DNA from: Vulcanimicrobiaceae bacterium
Lineage (GTDB): Bacteria > Verrucomicrobiota > Verrucomicrobiia > Limisphaerales > Palsa-1400
Length of the DNA stretch: 64,000 bases
Reading direction: 5' to 3'
NCBI GenBank assembly: GCA_035511075.1
Contig: DATKFW010000108.1
Location: 66,085-130,084, forward strand
Part shown: positions 46,201-54,076 of the stretch, piece after piece
Layout: every line of letters begins with the position of its first letter
Numbering within the stretch: the stretch's first letter is position 1
Made by a program: the position numbers and the translations under genes
Notes under the pieces: model-generated
Databases searched by the model: none
The model's input: only the letters and a program-made list of their open reading frames with translations
Told to the model about the DNA's origin: nothing

Positions 46201-46388
46201 ACGCGCGACGCCATTTCCTGCGCCGACATGCCTGCGTACTGCCATACGACGCTCGCCACCGGAATGCTGATGTCGGGAAAGATGTCCGTGGGTGTGCGCA
46301 GGATGACCACCGGGCTGATCAACAAAATGATCAGCGCTACAACCACGAACGTATAAGGCCGGTTCAGGGCCAGTCGGACAATCCACAT
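43209..46388 (-). CDS. RND efflux transporter permease (AcrB/HAE1-type)
   Basis: 1059 aa, 12-TM/2-loop architecture. MWIVRLALNRPYTFVVVALIILL..., GLAVGILVDDATVEIENIERN. Confidence 0.9.
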   Translation of the reverse strand: MWIVRLALNRPYTFVVVALIILLISPVVILRTPTDIFPDISIPVASVVWQYAGMSAQEMASRVVTPSERGLTTTVNDIEHIESQSLNGMGVIKVFFHPNVKIDMAIAQITAICQASVRSLPPGITPPLIITYNASSVPILQLSLSSRTLSESVVNDLGANFLRVGLATVQGAAMPNPYGGKVRQIMVDIDISALNGKGLSPNDVVNAIGAENLILPAGSEKIGSAEYAVELNGSPDSIKELNDIPLKEINGHMIYIRDVAHVRDGFAVQQNIVRSDGVRASLLTIIKSGAASTLDIVARIKKAVPQVAKTLPPELEIHTLLDQSLFVRAAIQSVIREAVIAACLTAIMILVFLGNWRTTFVIVISIPLAILCSIITLSALGETMNIMTLGGLALAVGILVDDATVEIENIERNLRQGKELRTAILDGAAQIAVPAFVSTLCICIVFVPMFFLTGTARYLFVPLAEAVVFAMLASYLLSRTVVPTLVMYFLRHHVHDTGTEARGWFGRFHARFETGFERLRSVYRSWLNACLHHRGLFAICFLAFCAASCLLTPFLGQDFFPKVDAGQMRLHVRAKTGTRVEETAALCDHVEEVIRRTIPPKELDTIVDNIGLPTSGINVSYNNGGTIGSFDAEILISLNQEKHHPTEGYVRKLRHDLNVDFPGVSFFFQPADIVSQVLNFGLPSPIDIQVVGHDQVANYHIATEIARQVREIPGAVDVHVQQSFDLPSLEVTTDRTKVQEVGFTQRDVASSLLVALSGSFQTAPSFYLNPANGVSYQVASQVPQYRLDTLQALAGIPVTGPSGAVPQLLGNLATISRGNEQDVVSHYNIQPVIDVYGDVQGRDLGGVAKSFDKIVKSADKKLPRGSSIIVRGQVETMKSSFLGLGFGLLFAIALVYLLIVINFQSWSDPFIIITALPGALCGIVWMLFLTRTTLNVPSLMGAVMSIGVATANSILVVTFAKERLAETRDAFTASLDAGYIRLRPVVMTALAMIIGMVPMALGLGEGGEQNAPLGRAVIGGLLFATVATLFFVPVVFCMIRSRSDVGEHGAANMETAQTT

Positions 46389-46461
46389 AGGCTTATATGA
46401 TCAGGCCTCCTTCATGCCTACGGAAGGGTACAATCCGATGTCTGGCCTTCTTGATCGCGCA

Positions 46462-46914
46462 TCATGGGCCGGCTCCATTTGAGCGCCCCGCGGTTGGGTG
46501 TTTCAGAAAACGGGTCTTGAAATTCGGGTTCGAGAGGCGATTCTCCCGTTCGATCTCCGGTTCGCCCACCAAATCGGCGATGGCAGCCAACAATAGCGGC
46601 AGGTCCAAAGGCTTCTCCATCAAGGCATCAACGGTTATTTCTGCGGCTTGGTCATATTGGTTTGCCTGTCCGGTAATGACAATCAGCGGCACAAAAGGAC
46701 GACGGGCGGTGATCAGGTCAATGGCCTCCCATCCGTCAAGGTCCGGCATCATGAGATCAACCAAGACCAGGTCCGGCGGTTTGGCCTCAAACTTTGCCAC
46801 CGCCTCGCGGCCCGTCCCGGCGAGCACGACTTCGTACTCTTCGGATTCCAGGACCCGGACGAGCATTTCCTGAATGCCCGTGTCATCGTCAGCCAATAAG
46901 ATTCTTTTCTTCAT
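46462..46914 (-). CDS. Stand-alone response-regulator receiver protein
   Basis: KRILLADDDTGIQEML..., LVLVDLMMPDLDGW, LIVITGQ, LMEKPL. Short unstructured tail. Confidence 0.8.
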   Translation of the reverse strand: MKKRILLADDDTGIQEMLVRVLESEEYEVVLAGTGREAVAKFEAKPPDLVLVDLMMPDLDGWEAIDLITARRPFVPLIVITGQANQYDQAAEITVDALMEKPLDLPLLLAAIADLVGEPEIERENRLSNPNFKTRFLKHPTAGRSNGAGP

Positions 46915-47132
46915 AACCGGAATTTTGCCCGAGACCGCCTTTTAACTTGAGCAGGGGCCGTGCCAATGCCCCTGGCCGGCGGACTCAGCCCCTGTCCGCG
47001 GGGTGTTTTGGAATTTCCCGGACAAAACGCGCCGATTTAATGGCAAAGGGACTATGCTGAAGGGCACAGTTTCTAGGCAGCACGGCCCCTCGGCCAAGCC
47101 AAAGACATTCTTCAGTCGCGGCTGGTGCGGCC

Positions 47133-49541
47133 CTAATCGATCAGCTCCCGGATTTCATCCCAGCTCAGCGCGTTGGCGAATTGTTCCTCCCCGCCGAGCA
47201 CGGCCTCCGTCAGGGCGCGCTTGCGCGCCTGGAGATTGAGAATTTTTTCCTCCACGGTCCCGCGCGCGATGAGTTTGTAACTGGTCACCACTTTGCGCTG
47301 GCCGATCCGATGCGCGCGGTCCGTCGCCTGCGCCTCCACCGCCGGATTCCACCAGGGATCAAAATGAATCACGGTGTCCGCGCCGGTAAGGTTTAGCCCC
47401 GTGCCGCCCGCTTTGAGGCTGATCAGAAACACCGGGATGCCCGGATCGCCCTGGAATTTTTCTACCACCGCGGCGCGGTCCTTTGTGGCGCCGTCGAGGT
47501 AACAGGATTGAATGGCGCGCGCGTCCAGCTCCTGGCGCAACAATCCGAGCATTGTGGTGAACTGGCTGAACACCAAAGCCCGGTGGCCGCCATCCAGCGT
47601 TTCCTCGATCAATTCATGGAACAATTCCACTTTCCCCGACGGGGGCGCGGACTGCTCCGCCCCGGCGATTTTGAGCAGGCGCACGTCGCAGCAAATCTGG
47701 CGCAGGCGCAGGAGCGTGGTCAGCACGAGCATCCGGCTTTTGGCCAGGCCATTGGTATTGACAGCATCGAGGATTTCGCGGCGGCCGGTTTCCAGCACTT
47801 GCCGGTAGTACGCGCGCTGTTCATCGCCCAGGTCGCAATAGCTGACCTGCTCGATTTTCTCCGGGAGGTCCGCGGCGACGTCGCGCTTGGCGCGCCGCAG
47901 GACAAAGGGCCGGAGGCGCCGCGCCAGCCGCGTTTGCACAGCGGCGCTTCGATCGCGCGTGATCGGGATTTCGTATCGGTCGCGGAAATCCTGCGCGGCG
48001 CCGAGATAACCGGGCATGAGAAAATCGAAAATCGACCACAGATCGAGGACCGAATTCTCCATCGGCGTCCCGGTCAAGACCAATTTATGCGCCGCGCGGA
48101 TGGATTTGACGGCCTGGGCGTTTTGCGTCTGCCGGTTCTTGATGTGCTGCGCCTCATCCAGCACCACCGTGTCAAATTCCAGCGCGCGATATTGTTCCGC
48201 GTCCCGCCGCAGCAGCGCGTAACTGGTCACGACAAGGTCGTGTTCCGGTATCCGGGCAAAAAGCGTGGCCCGGTCCGCTCCGTGCAACGCCATCACGCGC
48301 AATTCCGGTGTGAATTTTCTTGCTTCGGCTTCCCAATTGAACACCAGCGAAGTCGGGCAAACGACCAGAGACGGGAGCGCGCGCCGGCCCTTAAGCGATC
48401 GCAAAAGGGCCAGCACCTGCACTGTTTTTCCCAGACCCATCTCGTCGGCCAGGATTCCGCCAAATCCGCTGGTCCTTAGAAAATACAACCAGCCCACGCC
48501 CTCCTTTTGATAAGGTCGCAGCACCGCATCCAAATCACCCAACGGAAGCGGTTGAGGTTTGATCTCGCCGCGCTGGAGGGCGGCCCGCTCCGTCCACGCC
48601 TCGGGCGCTTGCACGGCCCCATCGGGCCGGCCGCGCAAAGTGGCATCGAGAAAGCCGGCCTGGCTGTTGTTCAAACGAAAAACGCCTTGCTGCTGGCGCG
48701 GGGCGCAATCCACCAGCACTTCCTGCAATTCCTCCACAGCGCCGGTGTCCAGCAACGCAAAATTGCCGTTCTTCAAGCGAGTGTGGCTTTGGCCGGTGAG
48801 CAGAAGGCGTCGGATTTCGGTCGCCGCGAGCGGTTCGCCGCCGGGCGTGTTATAGGTGACAGTCAGGTCGAACCACTGTTCGCCGGAAGGAGTGATCTGA
48901 AACTGCGGCTGGACGCGCTCCAGTTTCCCGGTGCTCCGTTCCAGCCTTTCCTCAAGGGTCACCTTCCACTCCTTCTGCATCAGCGGATAATCGCGCGCGA
49001 AAAAATTCAAGACCGCGTCCTGGCCTCGCAAATAGAACAAGCCCGCCGTGTTCGGCCCGATAAAGCCGCTGCGCGACAAGCGCATGAACGCCGCTTCTTC
49101 GGATTTGCCGCCGGGAAAACATTCCAGCCGCGCTTGCAGGCCCGCCAGTCCGCCGCTCAATTGCAATTTGATTTTCGCCGTGCCCGGTTCATCCGGCTCC
49201 GGCAGCCGTCGTGAAGTCGGGGGCGCCGGTATTGGCGCTTGCGCTTTGAAGCGGGGAGGACCGTGAAGAAAGTGCAGCCCGACCGCCACCGAATGGGCGC
49301 AAATCAACCCGCGCACCCGGGAATCGCGGCAGGTGCAAAGATTATCGGCATCCGACGCGCTGCGGATGACCAAACCGGCGCGGTAGGTTGTCTGTCCGTC
49401 TTGCACCGTCCCACGCAAGGAGGGCGGCTGCCATTCTGACGTCAGAACGCGGTCGGCGGCCAGGAGGCCGCGGGCGTGTTTGGTTGCCTCCCATCCCGCA
49501 AGCCTGGCCAACAACGGGTCGGATAGTTGGACTTCACTCAT
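47133..49541 (-). CDS. SNF2-family helicase with N-terminal SWIM zinc finger
   Basis: SWIM: CTCRDSRVRGLICAHSVAV (CxC...CxH). Helicase motifs LADEMGLGKT, DEAQHIKN, LTGTPMEN and C-terminal QATDRAHRIGQ. Confidence 0.85.
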   Translation of the reverse strand: MSEVQLSDPLLARLAGWEATKHARGLLAADRVLTSEWQPPSLRGTVQDGQTTYRAGLVIRSASDADNLCTCRDSRVRGLICAHSVAVGLHFLHGPPRFKAQAPIPAPPTSRRLPEPDEPGTAKIKLQLSGGLAGLQARLECFPGGKSEEAAFMRLSRSGFIGPNTAGLFYLRGQDAVLNFFARDYPLMQKEWKVTLEERLERSTGKLERVQPQFQITPSGEQWFDLTVTYNTPGGEPLAATEIRRLLLTGQSHTRLKNGNFALLDTGAVEELQEVLVDCAPRQQQGVFRLNNSQAGFLDATLRGRPDGAVQAPEAWTERAALQRGEIKPQPLPLGDLDAVLRPYQKEGVGWLYFLRTSGFGGILADEMGLGKTVQVLALLRSLKGRRALPSLVVCPTSLVFNWEAEARKFTPELRVMALHGADRATLFARIPEHDLVVTSYALLRRDAEQYRALEFDTVVLDEAQHIKNRQTQNAQAVKSIRAAHKLVLTGTPMENSVLDLWSIFDFLMPGYLGAAQDFRDRYEIPITRDRSAAVQTRLARRLRPFVLRRAKRDVAADLPEKIEQVSYCDLGDEQRAYYRQVLETGRREILDAVNTNGLAKSRMLVLTTLLRLRQICCDVRLLKIAGAEQSAPPSGKVELFHELIEETLDGGHRALVFSQFTTMLGLLRQELDARAIQSCYLDGATKDRAAVVEKFQGDPGIPVFLISLKAGGTGLNLTGADTVIHFDPWWNPAVEAQATDRAHRIGQRKVVTSYKLIARGTVEEKILNLQARKRALTEAVLGGEEQFANALSWDEIRELID

Positions 49542-49543
49542 TG

Positions 49544-50218
49544 TCAGTGGGAGGTCAGGTCCTTGAGGAGCTGGTTCAGGTCGACGCCGGAATGTCCGCC
49601 GGAAGAAGAGGCGCGCATGGACATGAGCACCGCCACGCCCGTCAAGTCCGCTTCCGACTTGACGTTGTGCAGAATCTGGTTCGTGACTCCAAAATCGACC
49701 TCCTCCTCCTGGCCGGAGCGGAGGTTGGAAACATGGAGTTTCCCCAAACTCAGATTCAAAGTATCGATGCCGCCGAATTTGAATTCATCGACCGAGTTGG
49801 TATGAGCCGCCGATTGTTTGCCATCCTTCTGAATAGCCTCGAAGTTCGACCGCCCCTGTTTGTCCTCCACGACGTTGATCCGGGCCAGATTCAATCGCAC
49901 CAAATGCAGGTGAATCGTTCCCGAGCGCATGGCTGCCCGATCATATTCCACATGGAGTTCCGGCATATCCAGGCATAACGAACCGCCAAATGCCGGCGTA
50001 TTATAAAGCTGGAGTCCTTCAATAGTCATCGTCGGCGAAAGCAAGCCGATATGCACGGAACTGATTTTGACTTCCATGCCCGTGGCCGCGCGCATTCGGC
50101 TGGTGAGCAGGTCGCGGACAATGGTGTCCAGCGACAAAATGGCCGCCACTACCACCACGATTCCCACAATCGATAACCCCAGCGCGATGCGGAACAGCCA
50201 GCGAATCGGTCGTGTCAT
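49544..50218 (-). CDS. Hypothetical membrane-anchored protein (AsmA-N/DUF748-like)
   Basis: N-terminal TM helix LFRIALGLSIVGIVVVVAAILSL. The pattern ...KISSVHIGLLSPTMTIEGLQLYNTPAFGG resembles AsmA-family N-termini. The stop lies 2 nt before the SNF2 start. Confidence 0.5.
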   Translation of the reverse strand: MTRPIRWLFRIALGLSIVGIVVVVAAILSLDTIVRDLLTSRMRAATGMEVKISSVHIGLLSPTMTIEGLQLYNTPAFGGSLCLDMPELHVEYDRAAMRSGTIHLHLVRLNLARINVVEDKQGRSNFEAIQKDGKQSAAHTNSVDEFKFGGIDTLNLSLGKLHVSNLRSGQEEEVDFGVTNQILHNVKSEADLTGVAVLMSMRASSSGGHSGVDLNQLLKDLTSH

Positions 50219-50314
50219 ACGGAGCGCGCAGCCGGAACAAACGGTGACGCCCCCATCTCTTTTTTCATGCTGTTCATCCCGTCAAACTTCAATGTTTCAA
50301 TTCATCGTTGCGTC

Positions 50315-50914
50315 TCAGAGCACAATGTCCTCGGGCCTCACCTCAAGGCACTCGTCCTGGTCCTCCCAAATAATCGCCGAGTAATGCTCCAGGAACGGCG
50401 GCAGCAATTGGCTTCCGGCCATTGCCAGGAGTTTTTCCGCTTTTCCCGCCGCGTCTTCGCAGGCCTGGTCGTAATCCTTCGCGCTCCGGCGCAAATTGTC
50501 CTCCCAATGGGCGACGGCATGAACCGGGGCGTAATCGTCGGCCCATTTCTTGACTGAAATCTGGAGGTCCGCCGGCAAATCCTCGAACGAAGTCAGCGTC
50601 TCCGAACAATGCTGGCAAATGAGCCCGCTTTGAAGAATGTCGCGGCTGAAGAGCGGCAGGGACGGCGCGCGACAGCACGGCGCCTCGGCAAAGTCTTGCG
50701 GCATACCGGCCAGCCGCTTGAGCCAGATTTGCCGCCGATGCCCGATTTCCGCCCCCAGCCGATAGGCGCCAACCAACGGATGGGAAAATCGCCAGACCCG
50801 TCCGCGCAATTGTCCAAGGGTCTGCGCCAGCCAGCGCGCCAGCGTCAGGTCGTCGAATTCCTCGAAAACCGCGCTGTATTCCTTGAAAAGGCTGTCCGAT
50901 GACGTATCAGGCAT
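50315..50914 (-). CDS. Hypothetical protein (Cys pairs CC...CxxC)
   Basis: 199 aa with good coding look. APCCRAPSLP...LICQHCSE could be a zinc site. No family recognised. Confidence 0.5.
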   Translation of the reverse strand: MPDTSSDSLFKEYSAVFEEFDDLTLARWLAQTLGQLRGRVWRFSHPLVGAYRLGAEIGHRRQIWLKRLAGMPQDFAEAPCCRAPSLPLFSRDILQSGLICQHCSETLTSFEDLPADLQISVKKWADDYAPVHAVAHWEDNLRRSAKDYDQACEDAAGKAEKLLAMAGSQLLPPFLEHYSAIIWEDQDECLEVRPEDIVL

Positions 50915-50978
50915 CAGCTTACAGTAGGGTCAAAGTTTAAGGTTTAAAGTTCAAAGTTGCATCGTCTATAACCTCGGT

Positions 50979-52982
50979 GTGCCGATTGCGCAAAATCCGT
51001 TGGAGACACCGCTTCGCGAAATTCCCGGAGTTGGAACGGAACGGGCCGGCCAGTTGCGGCGCCTGGAATTGCAAACGGTCGGCGATTTGCTCCTGCACCG
51101 TCCGCGCCGTTACGAAGACCGCCGCCGTTTTCAGCGGATCGCCGGATTGCAACTTGGCGAGCCTGCTCTGACGCGCGGCAGGATCATCGCCAGCGGAGCG
51201 CGCCGGGGGCGACGCGGCGGCCGTTCGCTTTTTGAATTTGTCATGGACGACGGCAGCGCGCGGCTGCATTGCCGGTGGTGGAACCTGCCGTTCATGGAAA
51301 AGTATTTCAAAGTCGGCGACGAAGCGGTCGTTTTCGGCAGACCGGTTTCGTTGCGCCCGCGCACAATCGACCACCCGGAAACCGAAGTGATCACGGCCCT
51401 GGAAAATTCCCTTCACCTCAACCGCATCGTGCCCATTTACCCGCTGACGGAGGGCCTGCCGCAACGATGGCTGCGCTCTCTCGTCTGGCGGCTGCTCGGC
51501 GAATTCGCAGGCGCCATCGGCGAGCCGCGCCCTGAATTGAAACTGGCCGGCTCATTTCCCTCGCGCGCCGAGGCCTTGCGCCAAATCCATTTTCCTGTGG
51601 AAACCGGCGATAGTGAAACTGCCCGGCAACGGCTGGCCCTGGACGAATTCATCGAATTGCAGCGGGCGATTCAGATTCGCCGCAAGAACCTGGAGAGCAA
51701 GGCGCGAGCCATTCCGTGCGCGGGCAACAACCGCTTGATCAAACCGTTTCTGGCCGCGCTCGGTTTCCATTTGACCGACTCCCAGGCCACGGTCCTGCGT
51801 GAAATCCGGCACGACATGGCCGGGCCAAGCCCTATGCGCCGATTGCTCCAGGGAGACGTCGGATCCGGCAAGACAATCGTGGCCGCCTGCACGGTCTTGA
51901 TGGCGTTGGAAAGCGGAGCCAATGCCGCCCTGATGGCGCCGACGGAAATCCTGGCCGAACAGCATTGGCGCAATTTTCGGCGATGGCTCGAACCGCTGGG
52001 CATCGCCGTGGAAATACGCCGCGGCGGGATGAAGACAGGCGTTGAAACCGGCCAGGAAGAACTCGGCCTCCAAAAGCCCGGCGCGTTGCCGCTGAAGATG
52101 TCCGTCGGAACCCACGCCCTGCTCGAAGAGGGGTTCGCCCCCGAAAGGCTGGGCCTGGTTATCATCGACGAGCAACACAAGTTCGGCGTCGCCCAGCGCG
52201 AACATCTCGTCCGCAAGGGCGCCTATCCGCATCTCCTGGTCATGACCGCCACGCCGATTCCCCGGACTCTCGGGCTGACTTTGTATGGCGACCTGGATAT
52301 CTCGGTCCTTGGCCAAGGGCCGGCCGGCCGCGGCCGAATAAGAACGTTTGTGCGCGATTTTTCCAGCCTCCCCAAAGTCTGGCAATTCCTGACCAAACAA
52401 CTCTCCAAAGGGCGCCAGGCTTACATCGTTTATTCCCGGCTGGAGGAGGGCGATTCGGCGGCCGGAGTGAAAGCCGTGGAGAAGGAATTTCATCATCTGG
52501 AAAAAACTTTTGCGCCCTGGCGCGCAGGTCTTTTGCATGGCCGGCTTAAAAGCGAGGAGAAAAACCGGGTCATGGCGGCGTTCAACGCAAATACCGTGCA
52601 GGTGCTGCTGGCGACCTCGGTGGTGGAAGTCGGGCTGGACGTTCCAAACGCCACCGTCATGGTCATACAGAACGCCGAACAATTCGGGCTGGCCCAGTTG
52701 CATCAACTTCGTGGACGGATCGGGCGGGGGAGTGAGGAGTCATTCTGCATTCTCATTGCCTCGGGCAAGAGCGAGGAATCGCGCCAGCGTTTGAAAATCA
52801 TGGAAGAGACTTCCGATGGATTTCGCATTGCGGAAGCGGATTTGCTGCTGCGCGGGCCCGGGGAATTCTTGGGGTCGCAGCAGAGCGGGGCGCCGCCGTT
52901 GCGCTTTGGCAATTTATCCGGGGACATCGCGCTGATTGAGCGCGCGCGGGAACTCGTCAGGGAACATCTCGTCTCCCAATGA
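50979..52982 (+). CDS. recG: ATP-dependent DNA helicase RecG
   Basis: GTG start. N-terminal wedge/OB region. Helicase motifs LLQGDVGSGKT, IIDEQHKFGV, MTATPIPRT, QLRGRIGRG. Confidence 0.9.
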   Translation: MPIAQNPLETPLREIPGVGTERAGQLRRLELQTVGDLLLHRPRRYEDRRRFQRIAGLQLGEPALTRGRIIASGARRGRRGGRSLFEFVMDDGSARLHCRWWNLPFMEKYFKVGDEAVVFGRPVSLRPRTIDHPETEVITALENSLHLNRIVPIYPLTEGLPQRWLRSLVWRLLGEFAGAIGEPRPELKLAGSFPSRAEALRQIHFPVETGDSETARQRLALDEFIELQRAIQIRRKNLESKARAIPCAGNNRLIKPFLAALGFHLTDSQATVLREIRHDMAGPSPMRRLLQGDVGSGKTIVAACTVLMALESGANAALMAPTEILAEQHWRNFRRWLEPLGIAVEIRRGGMKTGVETGQEELGLQKPGALPLKMSVGTHALLEEGFAPERLGLVIIDEQHKFGVAQREHLVRKGAYPHLLVMTATPIPRTLGLTLYGDLDISVLGQGPAGRGRIRTFVRDFSSLPKVWQFLTKQLSKGRQAYIVYSRLEEGDSAAGVKAVEKEFHHLEKTFAPWRAGLLHGRLKSEEKNRVMAAFNANTVQVLLATSVVEVGLDVPNATVMVIQNAEQFGLAQLHQLRGRIGRGSEESFCILIASGKSEESRQRLKIMEETSDGFRIAEADLLLRGPGEFLGSQQSGAPPLRFGNLSGDIALIERARELVREHLVSQ

Positions 52983-53071
52983 CGCTCCGCCCGGGTTGCG
53001 CAGCCCCGCCGCCAGTTGACGTCGAAACACGAGGTTTGATTTTTGACGCCGGCGCGGGTAGATTTTCTGCC

Positions 53072-53395
53072 ATGAAGACCTACTATGGATTGACTCTTCT
53101 GGTTACGGTGATTCTGGCCGCCGGTTGCGGGAAGGAGCAAAGCGCTTCCCCGTCCAACGCGGCCTCCGGCTATATCGGCGCCATGGCCAAAGGTCAGCAA
53201 ACGGCGGTGAAGACGATTGACGTGACTTCGCTCAATCAGGACATTCAGCTTTTCAACGCGCAGGAGGGCCGCAATCCGAAAGACTTGGACGAACTGGTTA
53301 CGCAACACTACATCGGCCACCTTCCCGATCCGCCGCTGGGCATGAAGTTTGTCTATGACGCCGACCAGGGCAAAGTCAGCGTGGCCCCGCAGTAA
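53072..53395 (+). CDS. Small lipoprotein, unknown function
   Basis: MKTYYGLTLLVTVILAAGC lipobox. 107 aa. The track ORF extension (52979..) overlaps the recG end. Confidence 0.6.
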   Translation: MKTYYGLTLLVTVILAAGCGKEQSASPSNAASGYIGAMAKGQQTAVKTIDVTSLNQDIQLFNAQEGRNPKDLDELVTQHYIGHLPDPPLGMKFVYDADQGKVSVAPQ

Positions 53396-53409
53396 AACGC
53401 CATCTTTTT

Positions 53410-54006
53410 GTGCGCGGGAACATTACGACGTCCGCCGCCTTTTCGCTGGTGGAACTCCTGGTGGTCCTGGCGTTGCTGGTGATTCTGACGGTCATGGGCA
53501 CGAGCCGCTTTAACGCAACGGCCCGACGAAAGGATTTGGCACGCTGTCAGAATAACCTTCAAAAGATTTATCTTGCGTTGAGCATCTATCGAAGCGACAA
53601 CGGCGCATACCCATTCTTGCAAGGGGCAAAGGCGCCCGAAGCACCGTTGAGCCTCCTGATTCCAAAGAGCACCACCGTGACCGAAATCTTTATTTGTCCG
53701 GGCAGCAGCGACAAGCCGCTGGCTGAGGGCGAGCGGTTCGCGGATCGCAGGATCAGTTACGCCTACTACATGGGTTGGGAAACCAATGACGATCCGGGGC
53801 AAATCATCGCGACGGATTGGCAAGTGGACAGTGCGCCCAAGAAGAAGGGGCAGGCGGTTTTTTCGCTGGATGGAAAAGCGCCGGGGAACAATCATTATGG
53901 CGAGGGAGGGAATTTACTTTCTCTGGGCGGCGAGGTTTCCGGTTGCCGCGCCAAGGCATCGCGCGACTTGTTGTTCCCCCCTACCGTCACACTCCTCAAT
54001 CCATAG
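53410..54006 (+). CDS. Prepilin-type N-terminal cleavage/methylation domain protein (pseudopilin-like, degenerate H-X9-DG tail)
   Basis: GTG start. AAFSLVELLVVLALLVILTVMG. C-terminal HYGEGGNLLSLGGEVS aligns with H-x9-DG but has LG. Confidence 0.75.
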   Translation: MRGNITTSAAFSLVELLVVLALLVILTVMGTSRFNATARRKDLARCQNNLQKIYLALSIYRSDNGAYPFLQGAKAPEAPLSLLIPKSTTVTEIFICPGSSDKPLAEGERFADRRISYAYYMGWETNDDPGQIIATDWQVDSAPKKKGQAVFSLDGKAPGNNHYGEGGNLLSLGGEVSGCRAKASRDLLFPPTVTLLNP

Positions 54007-54076
54007 ATCAAGACTGCGCAGGGAGCGACCGATTTCCTGTCACCTGCCAGGCCTTTTCGGGTGCTTATACGGTGAT

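Noticed and set aside
44232-46400. Plus-strand ORFs of 354 aa and 335 aa
   Set aside because: Antisense to the AcrB-type permease, whose motifs are unambiguous. The translations are Arg/His/Asp/Gly-rich.
46915-47132. Hairpin CAGGGGC-n9-GCCCCTG downstream of the SNF2 gene as a terminator
   Set aside because: No T-tract follows it on the minus strand, so evidence for an intrinsic terminator is insufficient.
51552-52706. 384-aa minus-strand ORF
   Set aside because: Antisense to recG, whose helicase motifs are clear on the plus strand.
53786-54076. N-terminal 97-codon extension of the ECF sigma ORF
   Set aside because: It overlaps the pilin-like gene in another frame and is Arg-rich. Sigma homology starts at ATG 54077.
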